Below are positions 41,476 to 53,713 of a DNA stretch of 64,000 nucleotides, one piece after another. The stretch lies in NCBI RefSeq assembly GCF_009914755.1, contig NC_060925.1. The stretch is one strand, 5' to 3'. Within the stretch, counting starts at the first letter, position 1, and each line of letters starts with the position of its first letter. The position numbers and the translations under genes were made by a program. Source of the DNA: the human T2T-CHM13v2.0 reference genome, Homo sapiens. Below the pieces are notes generated by a model, which worked only from the letters and a program-made list of their open reading frames with translations, had not been told where the DNA came from and ran no database searches.

Positions 41476-44400
41476 TCTAGCAGAATATGAAGAAATCCCG
41501 TTTCCAACGAAGGTCACAAGATGTCAGAATATCCACTTGCAGACTTTACAAACAGAGTGTTTCCTAACTGCTCTATGAACAGAAAGGTTAAACTCTGTGG
41601 GTTGAACGAACACATCACAACGCAGTTTGTGGGAATGATTCTGTCTAGTTTTGAAACGAAGATATTTCCTTTTCTGCCGTTGACCTTAAAGCGCTTGAAA
41701 TCTACACTTGCAAATTGCACAAATAGAGTGTTTCAAATCTGCTCTGTCTAAGGGAACGTTCAACTCTGTGAGTTGAATGCACACAACACAAGGAAGTTAC
41801 TGGGAATTCTTCTGTCTAGCCTTACATGAAAAAAACCCGTTTCCAACGAAGGCCTCTAAGTGGTCAAAATATCCACGTGCAGACTTTACAAACAGAGTGT
41901 TTCCAAACCGCTGAATGAAAAGAAAAGTTAAACTCTGAGAGTTCAACGCACACATCACGCAGCAGTTTCTGAGAATGATTCTGTCTAGTTTTTATACGAA
42001 GATATTTCCTTTTCTGCCTTTGGCCCCAAAGCGCTTGAAATCTCCACTTGCAAATTCCACAAAAAGAGTGTTTCAAATCTGCTCTCTCTAAATGAAAGTT
42101 CAACTCTGTCAGTTGAATACACACAACACAAGGAAGTTACTGAGAATTCTTCTGTCTAGCATAATATGAAGAAATCCCGTTTCCAACGAAGGCCTCAAGG
42201 GGGTCTGAATATCCACTTGCAGACTTTATAAACAGAGTGTTTACTAACTGCTCTATGAAAAGAAAGCTTAAACTCTGTGAGTTGAACACACACATCACAA
42301 AGGAGTTTCTAAGAATCATTCTGTCTAGTTTTTCTACGAAGATATTTCCTTTTCTACAATTGACCTCAAAGCGGCTGAAATCTCCACTTGCAAATTCCAC
42401 AAAAAGAGTGTTTCAAGTCTGCTCTGTGTAAAGGATCGTTCAACTCTGTGAGTTGAATACACACAACACAAGGAAGTTACTGAGAATTCTTCTGTCTAGC
42501 AGAATAGGAAGAAATCCCGTTTCCAACGAAGGCCTCAAAGAGGTCTGAATATCCACTTGCAGACTTTACAAACAGAGTGTTTCCTAACTGCTCTATGAAA
42601 AGAAAGGTTAAACTCTGTGAGTTGAACACACACATCACAAAGGAGTTTCTGAGAATAGTTCTGTCTAGTTTCTATAGGAAGATGTTTCCTATTCTACCAT
42701 TGACCTCAAAGCGGCTGAAATCTCCACTTGCAAATTCCACAAAAAGAATGTTTCAAGTCTGCTCTGTGTAAACGATCGTTCAACTCTGTGAGTTGAATAC
42801 ACACAACACAAGGAAGTTACTGAGAATTCTTCTGTCTAGCATAATATGTAGAAATCCCGTTTCCAACGAAGGCCTCAAATAGGTCTGAATATCCACTTGC
42901 AGACTTTACAAACAGAGTGTTTCCTAACTGCTCTATGAAAAGAAAAGTTAAACTCTGTGATTTGAAAGCACACATCACAAAGGAGTTTCTGAGCATCATT
43001 CTGTCTGGTCTTTATACGAAGATATTTCCTTTTCTACCATTGACCTCAAAGCGGCTGAAATCTCCACTTGCAAATTCCACAAAAAGAGTGTTTCAAGTCT
43101 GCTCTGTGTAAAGGATCGTTCAACTCTGTGAGTTGAATACACACAACACAAGGAAGTTACTGAGAATTCTTCTGTCTAGCAGAATATGAAGAAATCCCGT
43201 TTCCAACGAAGGCCTCAAGGAGGTCTGAATATCCACTTGCAGACTTTACAAACAGAGTGTTTCCTAACTGCTCTATGAACACAAAGGTTAAACTCTGTGA
43301 GTTGAACGCACACATCACAAAGGAGTTTATGAGAATCATTCTGTCTAGTTTCTATAAGAAGATATTTCCTATTCTACTATTGACCTCAAAGCGGCTGAAA
43401 TCTCCACTTGCAAATTCGACAAAAAGAGTGTTTCAAGCCTGCTCTCTGTAAAGGATCCTTCAACTCTGTGAGTTGAATACACACAACACAAGGAAGTTAC
43501 TGAGAATTCTTCTGTCTAGCATAATATGAAGAAATCCCGTTTCCAACGAAGGCCTCAAAGGGGTCTGAATATCCACTTGCAGACTTTATAAACAGAGTGT
43601 TTACTAACTGCTCTATGAAAAGAAAGGTTAAACTCTGTGAGTTGAACACACACATCACAAAGGAGTTTCTGAGAATCATTCTGTCTAGTTTTTCTACGAA
43701 GATATTTCCTTTTCTACTATTGACCTCAAAGCGGCTGAAATCTCCACTTGCAAATTCCACAAAAAGAGTGTTTCAAGTCTGCTCTGTGTAAAGGATCGTT
43801 CAACTCTGTGAGTTGAATACACACAACACAAGGAAGTTACTGAGAATTCTTCTGTCTAGCAGAATATAAAGAAATCCCGTTTCCAACGAAGGCCTCAAAG
43901 AGGTCTGAATATCCACTTGCAGACTTTACAAACAGAGTGTTTCCTAACGGCTCTATGAAAAGAAAAGTTAAACTCTGTGAGTTGAACGCACACATCACAA
44001 AGGAGTTTCTGAGAATCGTTCTGTCTAGTTTCTATAGGAAGATATTTCCTATTCTACCATTGACCTCAAAGCGGCTGAAATCTCCAGTTGCAAATTCCAC
44101 AAAAAGAATGTTTCAAGTCTGCTCTGTGTAAAGGATCGTTCAACTCTGTGAGTTGAATACACACAACACAAGGAAGTTACTGAGAATTATTCTGTCTAGC
44201 ATAATATGAAGAAATCCCGTTTCCAACGAAGGCCTCAAAGAGGTCTGAATATCCACTTGCAGACTTTACAAACAGAGTGTTTCCTAACTGCTCTATGAAA
44301 AGAAAAGTTAAACTCTGTGAGTTGTACGCACACATCACAAAGGAGTTTATGAGAATCATTCTGTCTAGTCTTTATACGAAGATATTTCCTTTTCTACCAT

Positions 44401-45555
44401 TGACCTCAAAGCGGCTGAAATCTCCACTTGCAAATTCCACAAAAAGAGTGTTTCAAGTCTGCTCTGTGTAAAGGATCGTTCAACTCTGTGAGTTGAATAC
44501 ACACAACACAAGGAAGTTACTGAGAATTCTTCTGTCTAGCAGAATATGAAGAAATCCCGTTTCCAACGAAGGCCTCAAGGAGGTCTGAATATCCACTTGC
44601 AGACTTTACAAACAGAGTGTTTCCTAACTGCTCTATGAACAGAAAGGTTAAACTCTGTGAGTTTAACGCACACATCACAAAGGAGTTTCTGAGAATCATT
44701 CTGTCTAGTCTTTATACGAAGATATTTACTTTTCTACCATTGACCTCAAAGCGGCTGAAATCTCCACTTGCAAATTCCACAAAAAGAGTGTTTCAAGTCT
44801 GCTCTGTGTAAAGGATCATTCAACTCTGTGAGTTGAATAAACACAACACAAGGAAGTTACTGAGAATTCTTCTGTCTAGCAGAATATGAAGAAATCCCGT
44901 TTCCAACGAAGGCCTCAAGGAGGTCTGAATATCCACTTGCAGACTTTACAAACAGAGTGTTTCCTAACTGCTCTATGAAAAGAAAGGTTAAACTCTGTGA
45001 GTTGAACGCACACATCACAAAGGAGTTTATGAGAATCATTCTGTCTAGTTTCTATAAGAAGATATTTCCTATTCTACCATTGACCTCAAAGCGGCTGAAA
45101 TCTCCACTTGCAAATTCGACAAAAAGAGTGTTTCAAGCCTGCTCTCTGTAAAGGATCCTTCAACTCTGTGAGTTGAATACACACAACACAAGGAAGTTAC
45201 TGAGAATTATTCTGTCTAGCATAATATGAAGAAATCCCGTTTCCAACGAAGGCCTCAAAGAGGTCTGAATATCCACTTGCAGACTTTACAAACAGAGTGT
45301 TTCCTAACTGCTCTATGAGAAGAAAAGTTAAACTCTGTGAGTTGAACGCACACATCACAAAAGATTTTCTGAGAATCATTCTGTCTAGTCTTTATATGAA
45401 GATAGTTTCCTTTTCTACCATTGACCTCAAAGCGGCTGAAATCTCCACTTGCAAATTCCACAAAAAGAGTGTTTCAAGTCTGCTCTGTGTAAAGGATCGT
45501 TTAACTCTGTGAGTTGAATACACACAACACAAGGAAGTTACTGAGAATTCTTCTG
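41476..45555 (-). repeat. HOR copy 17, 24-mer (A B C D E F/G C D E F G H)
   Basis: Spacing 4080 bp. Confidence 0.86.
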
Positions 45556-48274
45556 TCTAGCAGAATATGAAGAAATCCCGTTTCCAACGAAGGCCACAAG
45601 ATGTCAGAATATCCACTTACAGACTTTACAAACAGAGTGTTTCCTAACTGCTCTATGAACAGAAGGTTTAAACTCTGTGAGTTGAACGAACACATCACAA
45701 CGCAGTTTGTGGGAATGATTCTGTCTAGTTTTGAAACGAAGATATTTCCTTTTCTGCCGTTGACCTTAAAGCGCTTGAAATCTACACTTGCAAATTGCAC
45801 AAATAGAGTGTTTCAAATCTGCTCTGTCTAAGGGAACGTTCAACTCTGTGAGTTGAATGCACACAACACAAGGAAGTTACTGGGAATTCTTCTGTCTAGC
45901 CTTACATGAAAAAACCCGTTTCCAACGAAGGCCTCTAAGTGGTCAAAATATCCACGTGCAGACTTTACAAACAGAGTGTTTCCAAACCGCTGAATGAAAA
46001 GAAAAGTTAAACTCTGAGAGTTGAACGCACACATCACGCAGCAGTTTCTGAGAATGATTCTGTCTAGTTTTTATACGAAGATATTTCCTTTTCTGCCTTT
46101 GGCCCCAAAGCGCTTGAAATCTCCACTTGCAAATTCCACAAAAACAGTGTTTCAAATCTGCTCTCTCTAAATGAAAGTTCAACTCTGTCAGTTGAATACA
46201 CACAACACAAGGAAGTTACTGAGAATTCTTCTGTCTAGCATAATATGAAGAAATCCCGTTTCCAACGAAGGCCTCAAAGGGGTCTGAATATCCACTTGCA
46301 GACTTTATAAACAGAGTGTTTACTAACTGCTCTATGAAAAGAAAGGTTAAACTCTGTGAGTTGAACACACACATCACAAAGGAGTTTCTGAGAATCATTC
46401 TGTCTAGTTTTTCTACGAAGATATTTCCTTTTCTACTATTGACCTCAAAGCGGCTGAAATCTCCACTTGCAAATTCCACAAAAAGAGTGTTTCAAGTCTG
46501 CTCTGTGTAAAGGATCGTTCAACTCTGTGAGTTGAATACACACAACACAAGGAAGTTACTGAGAATTCTTCTGTCTAGCAGAATAGGAAGAAATCCCGTT
46601 TCCAACGAAGGCCTCAAAGAGGTCTGAATATCCACTTGCAGACTTTACACACAGAGTGTTTCCTAACTGCTGTATGAAAAGAAAGGTTAAACTCTGTGAG
46701 TTGAACACACACATCACAAAGGAGTTTCTGAGAATCGTTCTGTCTAGTTTCTATAGGAAGATATTTCCTATTCTACCATTGACCTCAAAGCGGCTGAAAT
46801 CTCCACTTGCAAATTCCACAAAAAGAATGTTTCAAGTCTGCTCTGTGTAAAGGACCGTTCAACTCTGTGAGTTGAATACACACAACACAAGGAAGTTACT
46901 GAGAATTATTCTGTCTAGCAGAATATGAAGAAATCCCGTTTCCAACGAAGGCCCCAAAGAGGTCTGAATATCCACTTGCAGACTTTACAAACAGAGTGTT
47001 TCCTAACTGCTCTATGAAAAGAAAAGTTAAACTCTGTGAGTTGAACGCACACATCACAAAGGAGTTTATGAGAATCATTCTGTCTAGTCTTTATACGAAG
47101 ATATTTCCTTTTCTACCATTGACCTCAAAGCGGCTGAAATCTCCACTTGCAAATTCCACAAAAAGAGTGTTTCAAGTCTGCTCTGTGTAAAGGATCGTTC
47201 AACTCTGTGAGTAGAATACACACAACACAAGGAAGTTACTGAGAATTCTTCTGTCTAGCAGAATATGAAGAAATCCCGTTTCCAACGAAGGCCTCAAGGA
47301 GGTCTGAATATCCACTTGCAGACTTTACAAACAGAGTGTTTCCTAACTGCTCTATGAACAGAAAGGTTAAACTCTGTGAGTTGAACGCACACATCACAAA
47401 GGAGTTTCTGAGAATCATTCTGTCTAGTCTTTATACGAAGATATTTACTTTTCTACCATTGACTTCAAAGCGGCTGAAATCTCCACCTGCAAATTCCACA
47501 AAAAGAGTGTTTCAAGTCTGCTCTGTGTAAAGGATCATTCAACTCTGTGAGTTGAATAAACACAACACAAGGAAGTTACTGAGAATTCTTCTGTCTAGCA
47601 GAATATGAAGAAATCCCGTTTCCAACGAAGGCCTCAAGGAGGTCTGAATATCCACTTGCAGACTTTACAAACAGAGTGTTTCCTAACTGCTCTATGAAAA
47701 GAAAGGTTAAACTCTGTGAGTTGAACGCACACATCACAAAGGAGTTTATGAGAATCATTCTGTCTAGTTTCTATAAGAAGATATTTCCTATTCTACCATT
47801 GACCTCAAAGCGGCTGAAATCTCCACTTGCAAATTCGACAAAAAGAGTGTTTCAAGCCTGCTCTCTGTAAAGGATCCTTCAACTCTGTGAGTTGAATACA
47901 CACAACACAAGGAAGTTACTGAGAATTATTCTGTCTAGCATAATATGAAGAAATCCCGTTTCCAACGAAGGCCTCAAAGAGGTCTGAATATCCACTTGCA
48001 GACTTTACAAACAGAGTGTTTCCTAACTGCTCTATGAGAAGAAAAGTTAAACTCTGTGAGTTGAACGCACACATCACAAAAGATTTTCTGAGAATCATTC
48101 TGTCTAGTCTTTATATGAAGATAGTTTCCTTTTCTACCATTGACCTCAAAGCGGCTGAAATCTCCACTTGCAAATTCCACAAAAAGAGTGTTTCAAGTCT
48201 GCTCTGTGTAAAGGATCGTTCAACTCTGTGAGTTGAATACACACAACACAAGGAAGTTACTGAGAATTCTTCTG
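45556..48274 (-). repeat. HOR copy 18, canonical 16-mer
   Basis: Spacing 2719 bp. Confidence 0.9.
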
Positions 48275-51200
48275 TCTAGCAGAATATGAAGAAATCCCGT
48301 TTCCAACGAAGGCCACAAGATGTCAGAATATCCACTTACAGACTTTACAAACAGAGTGTTTCCTAACTGCTCTATGAATAGAAAGGTTAAACTCTGTGAG
48401 TTGAACGAACACATCACAACGCAGTTTGTGGGAATGATTCTGTCTAGTTTTGAAACGAAGATATTTCCTTTTCTGCCGTTGACCTTAAAGCGCTTGAAAT
48501 CTACACTTGCAAATTGCACAAATAGAGTGTTTCAAATCTGCTCTGTCTAAGGGAACGTTCAACTCTGTGAGTTGAATGCACACAACACAAGGAAGTTACT
48601 GGGAATTCTTCTGTCTAGCCTTACATGAAAAAACCCGTTTCCAACGAAGGCCTCTAAGTGGTCAAAATATCCACGTGCAGACTTTACAAACAGAGTGTTT
48701 CCAAACCGCTGAATGAAAAGAAAAGTTAAACTCTGAGAGTTGAACGCACACATCACGCAGCAGTTTCTGAGAATGATTCTGTCTAGTTTTTATACGAAGA
48801 TATTTCCTTTTCTGCCTTTGGCCCCAAAGCGCTTGAAATCTCCACTTGCAAATTCCACAAAAACAGTGTTTCAAATCTGCTCTCTCTAAATGAAAGTTCA
48901 ACTCTGTCAGTTGAATACACACAACACAAGGAAGTTACTGAGAATTCTTCTGTCTAGCATAATATGAAGAAATCCCGTTTCCAACGAAGGCCTCAAAGGG
49001 GTCTGAATATCCACTTGCAGACTTTATAAACAGAGTGTTTACTAACTGCTCTATGAAAAGAAAGGTTAAACTCTGTGAGTTGAACACACACATCACAAAG
49101 GAGTTTCTGAGAATCATTCTGTCTAGTTTTTCTACGAAGATATTTCCTTTTCTACTATTGACCTGAAAGCGGCTGAAATCTCCACTTGCAAATTCCACAA
49201 AAACAGTGTTTCAAGTCTGCTCTGTGTAAAGGATCGTTCAACTCTGTGAGTTGAATACACACAACACAAGGAAGTTACTGAGAATTCTTCTGTCTAGCAG
49301 AATATGAAGAAATCCCGTTTTCAACGAAGGCCTCAAAGGGGTCTGAATATCCACTTGCAGACTTTACAAACAGAGTGTTTCCTAACTGCTCTATGAAAAG
49401 AAAAGTTAAACTCTGTGAGTTGAACGCACACATCACAAAGGAGTTTATGAGAATCATTCTGTCTAGTCTTTATACGAAGATATTTCCTTTTCTACCATTG
49501 ACCTCAAAGCGGCTGAAATCTCCACTTGCAAATTCCACAAAAAGAGTGTTTCAAGTCTGCTCTGTGTAAAGGATCGTTCAACTCTGTGAGTTGAATACAC
49601 ACAACACAAGGAAGTTACTGAGAATTCTTCTGTCTAGCAGAATATGAAGAAATCTCGTTTCCAACGAAGGCCTCAAGGAGGTCTGAATATCCACTTGCAG
49701 ACTTTACAAACAGAGTGTTTCCTAACTGCTCTATGAACAGAAAGGTTAAACTCTGTGAGTTTAACGCACACATCACAAAGGAGTTTCTGAGAATCATTCT
49801 GTCTAGTCTTTATACGAAGATATTTACTTTTCTACCATTGACCTCAAAGCGGCTGAAATCTCCACTTGCAAATTCCACAAAAAGAGTGTTTCAAGTCTGC
49901 TCTGTGTAAAGGATCATTCAACTCTGTGAGTTGAATAAACACAACACAAGGAAGTTACTGAGAATTCTTCTGTCTAGCAGAATATGAAGAAATCCCGTTT
50001 CCAACGAAGGCCTCAAGGAGGTCTGAATATCCACTTGCAGACTTTACAAACAGAGTGTTTCCTAACTGCTCTATGAAAAGAAAGGTTAAACTCTGTGAGT
50101 TGAACGCACACATCACAAAGGAGTTTATGAGAATCATTCTGTCTAGTTTCTATAAGAAGATATTTCCTATTCTACCATTGACCTCAAAGCGGCTGAAATC
50201 TCCACTTGCAAATTCGACAAAAAGAGTGTTTCAAGCCTGCTCTCTGTAAAGGATCCTTCAACTCTGTGAGTTGAATACACACAACACAAGGAAGTTACTG
50301 AGAATTATTCTGTCTAGCAGAATATGAAGAAATCCCGTTTCCAACGAAGGCCTCAAAGAGGTCTGAATATCCACTTGCAGACTTTACAAACAGAGTGTTT
50401 CCTAACTGCTCTATGAGAAGAAAAGTTAAACTCTGTGAGTTGAACGCACACATCACAAAAGATTTTCTGAGAATCATTCTGTCTAGTCTTTATATGAAGA
50501 TAGTTTCCTTTTCTACCATTGACCTCAAAGCGGCTGAAATCTCCACTTGCAAATTCCACAAAAAGAATGTTTCAAGTCTGCTCTGTGTAAAGGACCGTTC
50601 AACTCTGTGAGTTGAATACACACAACACAAGGAAGTTACTGAGAATTATTCTGTCTAGCAGAATATGAAGAAATCCCGTTTCCAACGAAGGCCCCAAAGA
50701 GGTCTGAATATCCACTTGCAGACTTTACAAACAGAGTGTTTCCTAACTGCTCTATGAAAAGAAAAGTTAAACTCTGTGAGTTGAACGCACACATCACAAA
50801 GGAGTTTATGAGAATCATTCTGTCTAGTCTTTATACGAAGATATTTCCTTTTCTACCATTGACCTCAAAGCGGCTGAAATCTCCACTTGCAAATTCCACA
50901 AAAAGAGTGTTTCAAGTCTGCTCTGTGTAAAGGATCGTTCAACTCTGTGAGTAGAATACACACAACACAAGGAAGTTACTGAGAATTCTTCTGTCTAGCA
51001 GAATATGAAGAAATCCCGTTTCCAACGAAGGCCTCAAGGAGGTCTGAATATCCACTTGCAGACTTTACAAACAGAGTGTTTCCTAACTGCTCTATGAACA
51101 GAAAGGTTAAACTCTGTGAGTTGAACGCACACATCACAAAGGAGTTTCTGAGAATCATTCTGTCTAGTCTTTATACGAAGATATTTACTTTTCTACCATT

Positions 51201-52014
51201 GACTTCAAAGCGGCTGAAATCTCCACCTGCAAATTCCACAAAAAGAGTGTTTCAAGTCTGCTCTGTGTAAAGGATCATTCAACTCTGTGAGTTGAATAAA
51301 CACAACACAAGGAAGTTACTGAGAATTCTTCTGTCTAGCAGAATATGAAGAAATCCCGTTTCCAACGAAGGCCTCAAGGAGGTCTGAATATCCACTTGCA
51401 GACTTTACAAACAGAGTGTTTCCTAACTGCTCTATGAAAAGAAAGGTTAAACTCTGTGAGTTGAACGCACACATCACAAAGGAGTTTATGAGAATCATTC
51501 TGTCTAGTTTCTATAAGAAGATATTTCCTATTCTACCATTGACCTCAAAGCGGCTGAAATCTCCACTTGCAAATTCGACAAAAAGAGTGTTTCAAGCCTG
51601 CTCTCTGTAAAGGATCCTTCAACTCTGTGAGTTGGATACACACAACACAAGGAAGTTACTGAGAATTATTCTGTCTAGCATAATAGGAAGAAATCCCGTT
51701 TCCAACGAAGGCCTCAAAGAGGTCTGAATATCCACTTGCAGACTTTACAAACAGAGTGTTTCCTAACTGCTCTATGAGAAGAAAAGTTAAACTCTGTGAG
51801 TTGAACGCACACATCACAAAAGATTTTCTGAGAATCATTCTGTCTAGTCTTTATATGAAGATAGTTTCCTTTTCTACCATTGACCTCTAAGCGGCTGAAA
51901 TCTCCACTTGCAAATTCCACAAAAAGAGTGTTTCAAGTCTGCTCTGTGTAAAGGATCGTTCAACTCTGTGAGTTGAATACACACAACACAAGGAAGTTAC
52001 TGAGAATTCTTCTG
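48275..52014 (-). repeat. HOR copy 19, 22-mer (A B C D/E F G H E F G H)
   Basis: Spacing 3740 bp. Confidence 0.85.
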
Positions 52015-53713
52015 TCTAGCAGAATATGAAGAAATCCCGTTTCCAACGAAGGCCACAAGATGTCAGAATATCCACTTGCAGACTTTACAAACAGAGTGTT
52101 TCCTAACTGCTCTATGAACAGAAAGGTTAAACTCTGTGAGTTGAACGAACACATCACAACGCAGTTTGTGGGAATGATTCTGTCTAGTTTTGAAACGAAG
52201 ATATTTCCTTTTCTGCCGTTGACCTTAAAGCGCTTGAAATCTACACTTGCAAATTGCACAAATAGAGTGTTTCAAATCTGCTCTGTCTAAGGGAACGTTC
52301 AACTCTGTGAGTTGAATGCACACAACACAAGGAAGTTACTGGGAATTCTTCTGTCTAGCCTTACATGAAAAAACCCGTTTCCAACGAAGGCCTCTAAGTG
52401 GTCAAAATATACACGTGCAGACTTTACAAACAGAGTGTTTCCAAACCGCTGAATGAAAAGAAAAGTTAAGCTCTGAGAGTTGAACGCACACATCACGCAG
52501 CAGTTTCTGAGAATGATTCTGTCTAGTTTTTATACGAAGATATTTCCTTTTCTGCCTTTGGCCCCAAAGCGCTTGAAATCTCCACTTGCAAATTCCACAA
52601 AAACAGTGTTTCAAATCTGCTCTCTCTAAAGGAAAGTTCAACTCTGTCAGTTGAATACACACAACACAAGGAAGTTACTGAGAATTCTTCTGTCTAGCAT
52701 AATATGAAGAAATCCCGTTTCCAACGAAGGCCTCAAAGGGGTCTGAATATCCACTTGCAGACTTTATAAACAGAGTGTTTACTAACTGCTCTATGAAAAG
52801 AAAGGTTAAACTCTGTGAGTTGAACACACACATCACAAAGGAGTTTCTGAGAATCATTCTGTCTAGTTTTTCTACGAAGATATTTCCTTTTCTACTATTG
52901 ACCTGAAAGCGGCTGAAATCTCCACTTGCAAATTCCACAAAAAGAGTGTTTCAAGTCTGCTCTGTGTAAAGGATTGTTCAACTCTGTGAGTAGAATACAC
53001 ACAACACAAGGAAGTCACTGAGAATTCTTCTGTCTAGCAGAATATGAAGAAATCCCGTTTCCAACGAAGGCCTCAAGGAGGTCTGAATATCCACTTGCAG
53101 ACTTTACAAACAGAGTGTTTCCTAACTGCTGTATGAAAAGAAAGGTTAAACTCTGTGAGTTGAACGCACACATCACAAAGGAGTTTATTAGAATCATTCT
53201 GTCTAGTTTCTATAAGAAGATATTTCCTATTCTACCATTGACCTCAAAGCGGCTGAAATCTCCACTTGCAAATTCGACAAAAAGAGTGTTTCAAGCCTGC
53301 TCTCTGTAAAGGATCCTTCAACTCTGTGAGTTGAATACACACAACACAAGGAAGTTACTGAGAATTATTCTGTCTAGCATAATATGAAGAAATCCCGTTT
53401 CCAACGAAGGCCTCAAAGAGGTCTGAATATCCACTTGCAGACTTTACAAACAGAGTGTTTCCTAACTGCTCTATGAGAAGAAAAGTTAAACTCTGCGAGT
53501 TGAACGCACACATCACAAAAGATTTTCTGAGAATCATTCTGTCTAGTCTTTATATGAAGATAGTTTCCTTTTCTACCATTGACCTCAAAGCGGCTGAAAT
53601 CTCCACTTGCAAATTCCACAAAAAGAGTTTTTCAAGTCTGCTCTGTGTAAAGGATCGTTCAACTCTGTGAGTTGAATACACACAACACAAGGAAGTTACT
53701 GAGAATTCTTCTG
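52015..53713 (-). repeat. HOR copy 20, 10-mer (A B C G H)
   Basis: Spacing 1699 bp. Confidence 0.88.
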
